Below are positions 1 to 10,359 of a stretch of DNA of 64,000 bases, piece by piece. The position numbers and the translations under genes are program-made. Below the pieces are notes generated by a model. The model saw nothing but the letters and a program-made list of their open reading frames with translations. It did no database searches and was not told the origin of the DNA. Position 1 is the first letter of the stretch; the number at the start of each line of letters is the position of its first letter. This stretch comes from a virus (Duplodnaviria > Caudoviricetes): IMG/VR virus record IMGVR_UViG_3300035661_000004; one strand, written 5' to 3'.

Positions 1-3000
1 ACAGTCGCGACTGCAAGCTCGCTGATGGCCACAGTTAGCGTGTCGCCTAGGTTCAAGCCGTCACGCGGCACAACGAGCTGGCATGTGGCATAGCCGTCGA
101 GGTGGATTGCATTTGCTGGGTAGAAAGCAAAGGCGAACGAGCCAACTTGCGAAACTCGCACGATGCTATTACGTGCGCTGGCGACCTCAATGAGGTAGGT
201 TACCGGCGTTGGTGGCGGCGCGATCATGGTGACCGTCAGGGATGTCGGCGTCAACGTCGTCCGATTGATGGGCTCGCCGTGAATCAGCGCGTCAACAATG
301 TGAGCCTTGCGGCCGAGAGGCCTGACAAGCTCGTAGCCGTCAACCTTGTCAAGCGGGTCACCCCAGCACAAGCTGATGAACTTCAGTGGGCTAAGCCTGA
401 AGTAGGTCTTGAGCTTTGACGTGACATACTCGAGAGTGTCTGTCCACATGGCCTCAATCGGGCCAAGCTCGCCGTAGTAGTAGCGGCGGTTAGGCGTCGG
501 CGGAGGAGCGATCATGAGCTGCTCGGCGTTGCCAAAAGCGTACGGCGGCAGCAGCTTACCATTGGTCGTGTCAACCGACAGCTGCACAGGCTTGCCCAGC
601 GAGTTAAGCTTCGCCTTGACATTGTCTTGCACGTCGATGCTTGTCCAGTAGCTGATGTCCCAGGTAGTCGTGCCTGGCGGAACGAAGCCTGCAACCACCA
701 GGTCATTCATAAAAGCGGCTTCAGACTCTTCAACCGAGATGTACGGGTAGAGGTCAGGACGCGACGTGCCGTAGACATACTGGTAGACGCCTTGCCAAGC
801 CGAGGCTGGACCCCAACCCGAGTTGTAGTAGGACCACGTGAACGGGTCTGCCGGGTTGTAGAGCGGATCGTATGGGTCAGGAATGCCGTACTTCGAGCAG
901 AAGCCCAAGAACTCCTTCTCCATCAACGGCATCCAACGCGATGAGCTTTCCAGCGGCGTGTAGCTGAAGGCTGTGCTGCTTGCCGGGCACGCATTGTAGA
1001 GCTCTGTCTCGAGCTCGAGCAACAACGCGGTCAAGGTCGACGCGAGGTCGAGCAGGCGCCATGGCGCCTCTTGCGCGTGCTGCTCTGAACCCAGGGCTAC
1101 CCAAGAGCCGTTCCACTGCCAGGTCTCACCCGTCAGCCGATTGTAGGAGAACTGTCCATTGAGCGCGGTAGCAGGCAGATCGCCGATGTCAGAGACCACG
1201 TCGAACAGGTAGAGATTCTCAGCTGACAGGTCGAGCCATAGCTGACGAGCAAACGGAGCTTGCGGCGGAACGGGACCACCCACAAATCCAGGCGTTTCTT
1301 GGCCGTTCGACCGCTTAAAACGCTTCGTTACCAGGCCCTTAAGCACCGAAAAGTCAATCGTTGGAAGGCTCGACTTGTGACCGTCATGATGCACTAACAT
1401 AGCCCTGTTCTGGTCAGGCTCTACGAGCACGCCAGGCGCTACTTTCGGCGCCAAGCCCAGGTACGGCGCTGTCAGCGTCAAGGCTTTCAGGCTCATGCTG
1501 TTAGTCATGAACGGCGAGTTAACCTCATCGTCCACGAGCGATTCGCTCGCATCTACCACGCTTGACCTGCGCTCGAGGTAAGCGCGCAGCTGCTTGTAAG
1601 TGTCGATGTCAACTGGGCCTGGAGCTGACAAGAAAGCGGCTGAACCTGCCGTCACACGGCTGATGAGCTCCTGCTCGACAAACTCACGAGTCCGGTTGAG
1701 CACGTTGACGTAAGCGTCGCGGCCAAAGTCAAGCAACGCAATAGGATCAGCCGAATCTTGGCACAGCATGCCCAAGAGGAGCTGAAGCCTGTCATTGAAG
1801 ATCTTCAGCAAGCCACCCTTGCTATAGTCCTTTGACAGGTTGCGCCAGTTGTTTCGGCTTGAAGCCAGACCTTCAAGGCCGGGTTGGGCTCCGATGATCG
1901 AGACAAAGTGCGAGTACAAGTCACCTTGCTTGAAGCTAGTCGAGAGCGTCGAGTCGAGGTTACCGAACATCGGCATCGGGCACTTCCAAGCGCCCGAGGC
2001 GCTTGCCGGGCTCACGCTTACTTGCCGATCCTCAAGAGCTGAGTTTGACAGGTAGCCAAGCGGGTCTGTCACGGTACGGTATGAGTCGCCCAGCTTGACA
2101 TACAAGCTAGCGCGCTTGAAAGCGCTCGACTTGATATCGAAGCTGAAGCGCGAGGTGGCGTCAAAGGCTGTGGTGCCCGAGACTACCGAGAAGGTCGTGC
2201 CGCCAACGGTGTACGGTGTGTCCACCGTCAATGTAGGCAGGGCTCCTAGCACGGTGCTGTACACGTCAAAGGTCGTGCCGCCAGCATGGCCGGTTAGCTG
2301 AATAACTTGCGGGAGCGCATTAGCGTCAACGTTGAGCGTCGAGAGCTGACCGTTGCCAGCGCCAATGTTCTCGTACTCGCGGATGAAGTACGGGAACGAG
2401 GTGCCGTCTGTAGCGTTGTCGTAGTAGCCTGTCAGCAGAGTCTGAGCGAAGCGGACGCCCCGCACCGTGCCAAGCAGGCTTGCTTGCTCAGCAGCCGTAG
2501 TCATGGCTCCCTTAGTCAGCTCGAGCTGATCAAGGTTAACAAACAGCGTGCCGCCTGTGTAAGCGTCCGTCAGCTTGTCATTGATGGTTGACGGTGGCAT
2601 GTACAAGCCGGTGCTCTCATCGTGAGCATATGTTCGGAAAGTAGGCAGCTGGCCGAGCGCCGTCTTCGCTCCTAGGAGCTGAGACTCTAGCTCAGCATTG
2701 AACTCGATGATGGGCCGTTGGGCTTGCAAGTAGTTGAGGCGCTCTGCCGTTGTCAGCTGGCTTGAGTGCTTCCACCGGTTGTCGAGCGACCAGCCGCTCG
2801 TTCCGCCAGCTTCGATGACCGTATATTCGGCTTGCCCGATAGGGTTGTAAGCCGGCAACGCACCGTCGGCAACGCCTGTCCAATAGTAGCTCTCGAAGTT
2901 TTGCAGCTTGTCAGCGTTGATTAGCGCGCCGGCTGTCTCATACTTGACGTACTCTTGGCCGATCAGCGCGGCCCCACGCCAGACGGAAGCCAGGCTAAAT

Positions 3001-4004
3001 GAGCCGCTAGCGTAACGCTTGAAGAACAGCGGACGGTCTTCGGTCGGCGAGGTGAAACTGTGGCCAAATGTCAGGTCGGCGGCAGCGTCTCGCACGATCC
3101 GCCTACCTAGGGCTGCGTCAATCGGCTGATCAGCGGCCTCCTTGTAGAAGAAGCCGCTCGAGATGTAAGCAGAGTGATCGCCGTTAGCGTAGTAGAGGTC
3201 GAACAACGGCGGTTGGTTAGGCGCGGTCTTGACTTGCGGACTAGGCGTACCGCTGTCGGCAGGCTCGCCCGTAGAGGTTGCGTAGAGGTTAAGCTTGAGG
3301 TTGCTCTCAAACTCGAGGATCGGCCGTAAAGCCTGCACGATGTCATTCGAGCTAAGGACCGGGTACGCCAGCTGGAAAGCCTGAGCGTCAGCCTTGTGGA
3401 GCCACATGTTGCCCAGAGCCCAGTCAGACCAGGCGCCCAGACCTGGGTAAGGGGCCACCGGCGTGTTGCCTGAAAGAGCCGAGCGAGCGATAACATAGTA
3501 GTCAGCAGCTTGTGTCGGGTTTGCGGCTTGCAAGGAGGCTACAGAGGCCGTAGTGAAGCCGATGTCGTTCCAAGGCAGCTCTGGGTGAGCAACCAACCAC
3601 TTGCCTACCCACACATACTCGTCAAAGTTAGCAAACTTGTCAAGGTCGATGAACGGGACAAAGTTGAGGCTCTCGACCGTCAGCCAGTCAGCGACGCTGT
3701 CATAGGGCACGTCTAACGTGACGAGGCGTTGCACGAGCTCGCGCCATGTAGTCAGGCGCTCTTCGGTGCCTTGCTTGCTGTAGAGGACAGGTGCGAGCTG
3801 ATTGACCTGCCGCTCGAGGTCAGCTTCGCGGATGTAGATGTCTGAGGACTGTGCTGCAGCTTCGCTGCCGACAAAGCCGTGGAGGATGACAGACTCGTCC
3901 TTGCTCAGGTGATTGTTGAACAAGGCCCTCATGAGGGTCGTGATCGTGCGGTTCTGGTACTGCTTAGGGAGCAGCGTTGCTAGATCAAGGTTCTTGTTTG
4001 CCAT
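1..4004 (-). CDS. Very large baseplate/tail structural protein, 5' part; runs off the left edge of the window
   Basis: ATG at 4004 (MANKNLDLATLLPKQYQNRTITTLMRALFNNHL...FIDLDKFANFDEYVW). Frame is open where I translated it (first ~135 codons and the last codons at the window edge); it is absent from the ORF track, consistent with no stop inside the window. TAAATA at 4027-4032; lies in the baseplate cluster. Confidence 0.8.
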   Translation of the reverse strand, partial: MANKNLDLATLLPKQYQNRTITTLMRALFNNHLSKDESVILHGFVGSEAAAQSSDIYIREADLERQVNQLAPVLYSKQGTEERLTTWRELVQRLVTLDVPYDSVADWLTVESLNFVPFIDLDKFANFDEYVWVGKWLVAHPELPWNDIGFTTASVASLQAANPTQAADYYVIARSALSGNTPVAPYPGLGAWSDWALGNMWLHKADAQAFQLAYPVLSSNDIVQALRPILEFESNLKLNLYATSTGEPADSGTPSPQVKTAPNQPPLFDLYYANGDHSAYISSGFFYKEAADQPIDAALGRRIVRDAAADLTFGHSFTSPTEDRPLFFKRYASGSFSLASVWRGAALIGQEYVKYETAGALINADKLQNFESYYWTGVADGALPAYNPIGQAEYTVIEAGGTSGWSLDNRWKHSSQLTTAERLNYLQAQRPIIEFNAELESQLLGAKTALGQLPTFRTYAHDESTGLYMPPSTINDKLTDAYTGGTLFVNLDQLELTKGAMTTAAEQASLLGTVRGVRFAQTLLTGYYDNATDGTSFPYFIREYENIGAGNGQLSTLNVDANALPQVIQLTGHAGGTTFDVYSTVLGALPTLTVDTPYTVGGTTFSVVSGTTAFDATSRFSFDIKSSAFKRASLYVKLGDSYRTVTDPLGYLSNSALEDRQVSVSPASASGAWKCPMPMFGNLDSTLSTSFKQGDLYSHFVSIIGAQPGLEGLASSRNNWRNLSKDYSKGGLLKIFNDRLQLLLGMLCQDSADPIALLDFGRDAYVNVLNRTREFVEQELISRVTAGSAAFLSAPGPVDIDTYKQLRAYLERRSSVVDASESLVDDEVNSPFMTNSMSLKALTLTAPYLGLAPKVAPGVLVEPDQNRAMLVHHDGHKSSLPTIDFSVLKGLVTKRFKRSNGQETPGFVGGPVPPQAPFARQLWLDLSAENLYLFDVVSDIGDLPATALNGQFSYNRLTGETWQWNGSWVALGSEQHAQEAPWRLLDLASTLTALLLELETELYNACPASSTAFSYTPLESSSRWMPLMEKEFLGFCSKYGIPDPYDPLYNPADPFTWSYYNSGWGPASAWQGVYQYVYGTSRPDLYPYISVEESEAAFMNDLVVAGFVPPGTTTWDISYWTSIDVQDNVKAKLNSLGKPVQLSVDTTNGKLLPPYAFGNAEQLMIAPPPTPNRRYYYGELGPIEAMWTDTLEYVTSKLKTYFRLSPLKFISLCWGDPLDKVDGYELVRPLGRKAHIVDALIHGEPINRTTLTPTSLTVTMIAPPPTPVTYLIEVASARNSIVRVSQVGSFAFAFYPANAIHLDGYATCQLVVPRDGLNLGDTLTVAISELAVAT

Positions 4005-4026
4005 CGTGAGGATCTTGTGGATCCTC

Positions 4027-4032
4027 TATTTA
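4027..4032 (-). promoter_or_regulatory. Late promoter TAAATA
   Basis: Matches the T4 late consensus core; upstream of a structural gene. Confidence 0.65.
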
Positions 4033-4059
4033 CCTAGTGCACCCATGGCTTGGAAAGCC

Positions 4060-4425
4060 TCAGTCAAACTCCCACTGGTCAACTTCGGTCTCGATCCACT
4101 TAGCGATGGCATCCTCGTCATCACCATGGACTACCGCGGGCAGCATCGTTGCGCCGCGGTGCTCGCTCTCGTTGCTGATCGCCCACTTGACGCCATGCTC
4201 AGCCACTATATCATGGTTGATATAGTACATGTAGTTGTCATTCGGTTGCAGCACGACTGTGTTTGCAACGGCCATGTCGGTTGATTGCAATGCAGGCGCC
4301 CAGCCGATGTAGCACCCATCTTGAGAGTAGACCTTGAACTCATGGTCTCGCTCAGCGATGTCTTGCTGGAACATCAGCATGAGCTTTTTCATGCTGATGT
4401 TCTCTAGCAGCGGCTGAATCCTCAC
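4060..4425 (-). CDS. QQ-motif family protein with MRIQPLLE leader (121 aa)
   Basis: GTG at 4425 overlaps the upstream TGA (GTGA); MRIQPLLEN...MLMFQQDIAERDHEFKV. The ORF-track start at 4524 overlaps the upstream gene. Confidence 0.7.
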   Translation of the reverse strand: MRIQPLLENISMKKLMLMFQQDIAERDHEFKVYSQDGCYIGWAPALQSTDMAVANTVVLQPNDNYMYYINHDIVAEHGVKWAISNESEHRGATMLPAVVHGDDEDAIAKWIETEVDQWEFD

Positions 4426-6311
4426 TCCTTCACCACCATGAAGTTGTGCGTGAAGATGTACCGGCCCGGCTCGTCGCCTGCGGCATAGCACTGGTTTAAG
4501 CAGTAGATCGTTGCTACCAACCAACGCCCTTGCGGCTCAACAGAAGTGATGGTCTCCCAGCGGAAGCCGCTGTTGTCCTGCACCGGCAGCTGCTTGCCTA
4601 GCACGTCGGTCGAGTTGCACATTGAGCCGTCGCGCAGAGTCATCGGCGTGTTGTCCGAGCAAGTCAACGTGATGCCAGACTCAGAGGTCAGCTTTAGCAC
4701 GTTTTGCTCGCTGATACGGTTCGTGACAACCTGCCCTGCCATAGAGGACTCGCGCTGGTTCGGTTCGAGCAGCATGAGCGGGTCACCAGCTTGGAGGTTG
4801 CCTGCTTGCTTCTCGGTGAACGGCATGTAGGCTGTCACCTTGACAGATCCGCCGCCACCCCCGCCACCTGGGCTTGGTGAGCCTCCGCCGAATGCGCCGT
4901 TGTAGTTGACTTGCACTTGGTTGCTGAGCGTGTAGCCGAAGTTGTTCCAGACAGCGGCTTGGTAATAGTAACCCGACCCGATTTGAGGGCCGCCGTTCAT
5001 GCTAGTGCTGCCGCCCGTAGCCGCGGAGCCAGCCGGGAAGCTGATGGCTGAGCTGTTGTACGCTGGCACCCACCATTGACCGCCACCCAAGCCTGACGGC
5101 CTGACATTGGTCTGTAGGCCATTAAGGTCAGCGCCTGCAAAAATCGGTGCGCCGGTAAGCGGGCCGTTAGACCAGCCGTAGCTGATCGGGCCTATGCCCG
5201 TAGCGGTCAGCGACAGCGTAACCGGAGTCGTCCAGTTGGTGCTGACGGAGGTTGGCTGCACCGTGATGACCGGCGCCGTACCTGACGTGCTGACAACGAT
5301 GGAGTCTGAGCGGATCGTGCCGGCCGGCGTGATGCCATAGACCTGTGCGGATAGCGAGTGCGTGCCAGTCGAAGTTGCGGTCACGTTGAACGCCAAGGTA
5401 CCCACGCCGCCTGTGATATTGAGCGAGCCTACAATCGCGTTGTCAAAGTCGCCCGAGAGCCCACCGCCTGGGTTAGTCAGGATAGTGTTGACGGTAACAG
5501 TTTGGTCAACAGCTGATGTGAAGTGCAGCGTGATGACAGCATTCTGACCCACGGAGTACGGGCCTGCTGCAAAGGTCGCCGACGTGTACGTGATAGCAGA
5601 ACCAACAGGAGTGCCTGGGGTCGGCGACGGCGTGGAGGCAACGACGGTGACATTAGCTGTACGTGAACCGCCGACGATGTTGCTGCCCGTAGCGGTCGCT
5701 AGCATCGGGTGGAAGCCCGTTGTGACCGTGTTGACCGTGTAGTTCAGATAGCCGATGCCACCAATGATCTGCACTACAGTAGAGTGAGGGCCGCCGGCTC
5801 CCGAGTTGAGACCACCGTCATTGTTGACCAGCGTGACGGTGACCGGCGCAACTTGATCCGTCGGCGACGTGAATGTCAGGGTCAGGGTCGTGCTGCCCCC
5901 GATAGTGACGGATGTAGGTGAAAACTCAAGCGCGGCGTAGGTCACGTCGGTGCTTGGAGATGGGGTAGGTGTTGGGGTAGGGCTTGGAGTCGGGCTCGGG
6001 CTCGGCGTGCTGAACTCAGGGTGTGGCCACATCACAACCCATTGAGCCCCTGTAGTGAACATCTTCAGCTCATCATTCACCGGATTATACCACACCTGGC
6101 CAGCTGTCGGGTGTGCAGGCGCAACGCCGCTCGAGAAACTCTCCAAGAGCTTCATCAGGTTTTCGACCAGATGCTCGCCCCAGTTCTCAACACCCCTGCC
6201 TGTCAATGCCAGCGAAGTGGTCGAGGTATCGATTGACCCAGCGGACAAGGTAAACGGCGCCTTAAGGGAGTCGTTTGACCAGTTGATGGTGTAGTTATTG
6301 AGAGTCGCCAT
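4422..6311 (-). CDS. Tail fibre/baseplate appendage protein with Pro/Thr linker, Ig-like beta repeats and C-terminal Hint (intein-like) domain
   Basis: N-terminal GxxxxNWGEHLVENLMKLLESF...PAHPTAGQVWY module typical of large-myovirus fibres; SPSPTPSPTPTP linker; GGGGGG-SV...YIFTHN Hint-like C-terminus. Confidence 0.75.
   Translation of the reverse strand: MATLNNYTINWSNDSLKAPFTLSAGSIDTSTTSLALTGRGVENWGEHLVENLMKLLESFSSGVAPAHPTAGQVWYNPVNDELKMFTTGAQWVVMWPHPEFSTPSPSPTPSPTPTPTPSPSTDVTYAALEFSPTSVTIGGSTTLTLTFTSPTDQVAPVTVTLVNNDGGLNSGAGGPHSTVVQIIGGIGYLNYTVNTVTTGFHPMLATATGSNIVGGSRTANVTVVASTPSPTPGTPVGSAITYTSATFAAGPYSVGQNAVITLHFTSAVDQTVTVNTILTNPGGGLSGDFDNAIVGSLNITGGVGTLAFNVTATSTGTHSLSAQVYGITPAGTIRSDSIVVSTSGTAPVITVQPTSVSTNWTTPVTLSLTATGIGPISYGWSNGPLTGAPIFAGADLNGLQTNVRPSGLGGGQWWVPAYNSSAISFPAGSAATGGSTSMNGGPQIGSGYYYQAAVWNNFGYTLSNQVQVNYNGAFGGGSPSPGGGGGGGSVKVTAYMPFTEKQAGNLQAGDPLMLLEPNQRESSMAGQVVTNRISEQNVLKLTSESGITLTCSDNTPMTLRDGSMCNSTDVLGKQLPVQDNSGFRWETITSVEPQGRWLVATIYCLNQCYAAGDEPGRYIFTHNFMVVKE
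5945..6010 (-). repeat. Pro/Thr/Ser linker repeat
   Basis: Encodes STPSPSPTPSPTPTPTPSPST. Confidence 0.8.
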
Positions 6312-6316
6312 AGAGC

Positions 6317-6322
6317 TATTTA
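6317..6322 (-). promoter_or_regulatory. Late promoter TAAATA, 5 nt before ATG
   Basis: TAAATA-gctct-ATG. Confidence 0.7.
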
Positions 6323-6534
6323 AGAGTTCCAGTTGTCCACAAACCCCTCAGCCCAACCTTTTACGTCACCGTGGCTTGTATCGGTTGAATACAAGTCATC
6401 ACATTTGACAAAGCGAGCGCACTGAAGCCATGAACAATCATCAGCTTTACGTCAGTTCCGTCTTCGATGAAGGCTTGTTGTAAAGCCAAAGCGAGCTTAC
6501 GGGTCATTGACTCAAGGAGATGTTGGAGCTTCAT
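6320..6534 (-). pseudogene. Frameshifted QQ-motif family gene with MKLQHLLE leader
   Basis: ATGA-coupled start at 6534: MKLQHLLESMTRKLALALQQAFIEDGTDVKL; stops at 6361 after 57 aa, but a one-base shift near 6415 gives ...FVKCDDLYSTDTSHGDVKGWAEGFVDNWNS* ending at 6320. Not in the ORF track. Confidence 0.65.
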
Positions 6535-6872
6535 AGCTTGCTAATGCCTCGTTTGGCTAGCTGTTGATTGCGGTCCGCGAGCATTAGGTTTTCGCTGAGG
6601 GTCTTAAGAATGTCAAACACCTCAGCAAGCGTGTGAGTAAACGTACCCATTGGCGGAGCCTTAGACGTGCCGAGCACGAAGAGGTAAACCTTGGGGTCAT
6701 CCTGGTCTTTAGGCTTCAGCACTTCTACTAGCTTGAGACGACAGTCAAGCAGCTTGATAGTCGAGCTCGTTAGCTGAAGCGTGAGGTTAAGCAGCATCTT
6801 GACATCGAGGTAGTCAAGACGCTCAATGAGCTCCTGCTGTACCTCGAGCAAGTCACGCCTGGTCGCTGTCAT
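6531..6872 (-). CDS. QQ-motif family protein (113 aa)
   Basis: MTATRRDLLEVQQELIERLDYLDVKM; starts 2 nt after the gp6-like stop. Confidence 0.75.
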   Translation of the reverse strand: MTATRRDLLEVQQELIERLDYLDVKMLLNLTLQLTSSTIKLLDCRLKLVEVLKPKDQDDPKVYLFVLGTSKAPPMGTFTHTLAEVFDILKTLSENLMLADRNQQLAKRGISKL

Positions 6873-6874
6873 GC

Positions 6875-9800
6875 TTACTTCTGCCTCAGCGTTGCACGGT
6901 CAAGGCCCTCTACAACGACAACGTCCTTCAGCTCAAGAGCCGAGACGAGAACCTCATCCTCGCCGGCCGAGATCTGCTGCAGGTCGCCGTAGTAGTTGGT
7001 CGGGAACTCAGGCACCAACACCGCAGCCGCAACATCAAGCGGCAGCTCCTTATGGATGACCGAAATCAGGCTCGTGGCGTAGAAGCTCGAGCTGAAGTCC
7101 AGGTTGTCGATCGAGAAGAAGTTGTTGACGATGTCGAGCACCTTTAGACGTAGCTGGTCATTTGCCAAGCGCGAGCTTGCCGTCTTGACTAGCTTGACCT
7201 TTGCGCGAAGCTCAGGCAGCGCCTTCGAGCCGAACAGCAGCTTGACCTTAGCTGGGTGAAGGATCGTCGTATCCGAGATCATCTTGTTTGTCAGCAGGCC
7301 GCGGTAGGTAGCGCGCAGCTCGAACGGAGTTGGCGGTACCGGCTCTACGGTTGACGTGCCTCGCACATAGTCCACAAGGCGCGAGTAGTAGCCACGCGTC
7401 AGCACAAACATGTCGATGATGTTGGACGGCGCTGGGTCAATCAAGCTCTCTTGAGCCGCATAGTGGATCCAGACAAAGTCGAGAGCCTCACGGCCGCGCT
7501 TCCGCACGATGCTGCCTGCGGTGTCATTGACGTACGTCAGGCTCTGCAGGTAAGCGGTCTTCGGTGCAGGCGTAAGCTTGCCGGTCACGCTGTCCGCGGT
7601 GAAGTACACGTAGCTGTTGTCCGCAACGAAGTCGAGGAAGAGGAAGGACGCATACGGCCTGCCGTCCGCAGCTGCAGCGGCTTCGTCAAGCACGGTAGGC
7701 GTTAGCAGCAGCGCTGAGTCATTGGTAGAACCGTCAGCGTTGATGAACGAGCCGACAGTCATGTACTTTTGGTCCACGCCCAGGGCTGCGGTGCCGTCCG
7801 CGGTCATGTTGGACTTCAGCAGCTTAACGGTGTCAAACACGCGCTTCTTCGTCTCAGGGTCAACGAGGTAGGTGCCTGGGCTGAACCAGAACTTTGAAGT
7901 CGGGCTTTCAAGGGCCAGCTTGTAGTTACGACGAGTCAGCCGCCACGAGTCAAGCGAGCCGTCAGCCGCGTCGACGCGCTCAACAATCATGATCCAGCTC
8001 TTGACGGAGTCGGACACGTCATACGGCAGCGCTTCAGCGTTGGCCGAGAGCGAAGCTTCGTTGATCAGCTCGAACTTGCCCAGCAAGTTCTTCTTATAGA
8101 TGGTCGGCATCATGACCGTGAACGAGTCGCGTTCCAGCTTGATGATGAAGGCGTCACCAACTACCAAGGTAGTTGACTGGCCGTTCGGGATTCCGAGAAC
8201 GAAGCTGATATAGCCGTTCGAGTAAGCTTCGCCTACAACGCCTGACGGCTGTAATCCGCGCTTCTTGCTGTAAACGCTGAATGTACCCACGTCAGCATCG
8301 ATGATTTCGATCGTGTACACATCCTCCAAGCCGCTTTGTGAGATGTTTGCCGCCGTGAGGAAGTCAGTCGAGGTCACGTTGACAGCGTTGGCCGGGTTGA
8401 TGACGAGCGCCGAAGCGAACGGACGGTCGGGCACAAACTTGACGCCAAAGCGCCGCTGACGGCTGACAAAGTTTTGAACGCTCGAGACCGCACCTGGCCA
8501 CGGAGCTAAGCTGTACGCGCTCGATGCATAGGTAACGAGCTTCAGGGCTGAGTCATAGACCCGCTTGTCGCTGTCAGCGTTGACTACGCCGAAGACGGAC
8601 TGAGGCGGCGTGGTCTCAGTCAGGTCAGGGCCCAGGTAGACCAGCCGTTCAGGCTCGCCGTACCAGTGCCTGTCGAGCGCGCCCTGGATGACCGTCTTCT
8701 CTTGCAAGCCTAGGCTATAGTCCTCGATGAAAGAGACGCGCGGCCGGATGTAAGCGTCAGACAGCGGGAATGACGACTGGCTAAAAGCGTAGCTGATTAG
8801 GTTGTAGATGCCTGGCTCTGAGAGCGCAGGTTCGAGAACCTGATCGATGAACGTCCGAGCCGATACCTTGTAGGAGGTAGCTTCAGCTCCGATGTCAAAG
8901 AAGATGCGGCCGTCATCACCGAACAGCTTGATGTTCTGGTACTTGGTGGAGGCGTCATTCCACTCGATGTACTTCGGCTGACCGGCAAAGGTCCGATTGA
9001 CAGCCTTCAGCTTGAGGATAGACGGGTCTTGCAGCAGGAAGTTGTTGTAATCCTGCCCGTTGACCATGCGGTCCTGGGTGTAGAAGTTACCAGGAGCCGC
9101 TTGCTTGATATGCTCGAAGTCCTCAGAGTCGGCCGAGTTTTGCAGCGCGGCTGTCAACGAGAAGGTCAACGTGCAGGTCTCACGGCGGCCCTGCTTCGAG
9201 TTGTAGACGAAGGTAGTCGAGCTGTCAACGATGTCGGTCTTTGAGACCGTCAGGCTACCACTGGTAGACGTGCGAGTCCAGATGTTGAACGAGCCGAGCG
9301 GGATCGCAGCATAGTCGCCCGAGCCGAAGACGAGCCGGATCTGGTCACGCTCGCGCGTCTCGACCTCGAACTTCTTCTGGTTGCTGATCGTGTTGAAGGC
9401 AAGGTTCGAGCCGTTAACGGCATCTACCTGCTCCCACTCGTAGAGGATGTTGCCTGCGGTGTCGACCTCATGCAGCCACACGTCAACGTCGTTGATATTC
9501 GGCAGGTCAACGTCGATGACACGGTTCGGCTGGAGGTCGGTGAAGGTGTACGGCAGCTTCTGCAGGACGCCTTGCTTCAAGTACATCAGGAAGCCGGTCA
9601 TGTCTGACGAGTCACCGTAGCCATCATCGCTGTAGACAAGCGAGAAGTGCTGATTCGGGTCAGGGCTGCGCTCGAAGACGCCGGAATCGTCCACGTCGGC
9701 AGGTACCAGCTCAAACTTGAGCTCTTGACCGTTGACGTTCACAGACAATGGCAGGGTGCCGTTCTCAAAGGAGGTGCCGTCGGCTTCAGCTTCGAGCAGG

Positions 9801-10354
9801 TTCAGCAGCTCATACTGCTGGATGATCATGTCATCAACCTGTGTCGACTTAAACGGCGCGCCAAGCTGAGTAGCCAGCAGGCGGTTCATGACGAGCTGGA
9901 ACTGCTCACGCCACAGCGGATTGTTCGGGTCAGCCCACTTGACAACCTTGTTGGTCAGGCTATTGCCTTGCGAGTCGACCAGGTTCTCTGAGCATGCAAC
10001 AGACGTCAGCTTAACAAAGCCACGCAGCGGCAGGTTACGTGACGCTGAGTAGGAGACGAGGTTGGCGAGGCGAAGGATATTCTGCTTCCGGCGGGCCGTC
10101 GGCAGCATGTTCTCATGTGCAGCCATGTCGACACGGTAAGCGTGCTGCTCGGCGACATAGGCAAACAGGTCGATGATGGCTACCAGCTCCGAGCTGTCAA
10201 TGTAGTCATTGAAGTTCTCGGGATAGTTCAGCTTCAGGTAGTCAAGCAGGGACTGCTTGACCGCATCGAAATCGTACGCGGTGAAGTTAATCTGCTCAAA
10301 AGCCTTATAGACTTTATCCCAGCTCTCAGCTGCGTACAAGAGTGTGTTAGTCAT
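6875..10354 (-). CDS. gp6: Baseplate wedge subunit, T4 gp6-like
   Basis: N-terminal YTAYDFD-type motif (NFTAYDFDAVKQSLLDYLK...FNDYIDSSE), DRMVNGQDY motif; next to gp25. Confidence 0.85.
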   Translation of the reverse strand: MTNTLLYAAESWDKVYKAFEQINFTAYDFDAVKQSLLDYLKLNYPENFNDYIDSSELVAIIDLFAYVAEQHAYRVDMAAHENMLPTARRKQNILRLANLVSYSASRNLPLRGFVKLTSVACSENLVDSQGNSLTNKVVKWADPNNPLWREQFQLVMNRLLATQLGAPFKSTQVDDMIIQQYELLNLLEAEADGTSFENGTLPLSVNVNGQELKFELVPADVDDSGVFERSPDPNQHFSLVYSDDGYGDSSDMTGFLMYLKQGVLQKLPYTFTDLQPNRVIDVDLPNINDVDVWLHEVDTAGNILYEWEQVDAVNGSNLAFNTISNQKKFEVETRERDQIRLVFGSGDYAAIPLGSFNIWTRTSTSGSLTVSKTDIVDSSTTFVYNSKQGRRETCTLTFSLTAALQNSADSEDFEHIKQAAPGNFYTQDRMVNGQDYNNFLLQDPSILKLKAVNRTFAGQPKYIEWNDASTKYQNIKLFGDDGRIFFDIGAEATSYKVSARTFIDQVLEPALSEPGIYNLISYAFSQSSFPLSDAYIRPRVSFIEDYSLGLQEKTVIQGALDRHWYGEPERLVYLGPDLTETTPPQSVFGVVNADSDKRVYDSALKLVTYASSAYSLAPWPGAVSSVQNFVSRQRRFGVKFVPDRPFASALVINPANAVNVTSTDFLTAANISQSGLEDVYTIEIIDADVGTFSVYSKKRGLQPSGVVGEAYSNGYISFVLGIPNGQSTTLVVGDAFIIKLERDSFTVMMPTIYKKNLLGKFELINEASLSANAEALPYDVSDSVKSWIMIVERVDAADGSLDSWRLTRRNYKLALESPTSKFWFSPGTYLVDPETKKRVFDTVKLLKSNMTADGTAALGVDQKYMTVGSFINADGSTNDSALLLTPTVLDEAAAAADGRPYASFLFLDFVADNSYVYFTADSVTGKLTPAPKTAYLQSLTYVNDTAGSIVRKRGREALDFVWIHYAAQESLIDPAPSNIIDMFVLTRGYYSRLVDYVRGTSTVEPVPPTPFELRATYRGLLTNKMISDTTILHPAKVKLLFGSKALPELRAKVKLVKTASSRLANDQLRLKVLDIVNNFFSIDNLDFSSSFYATSLISVIHKELPLDVAAAVLVPEFPTNYYGDLQQISAGEDEVLVSALELKDVVVVEGLDRATLRQK

Positions 10355-10359
10355 AGGGC

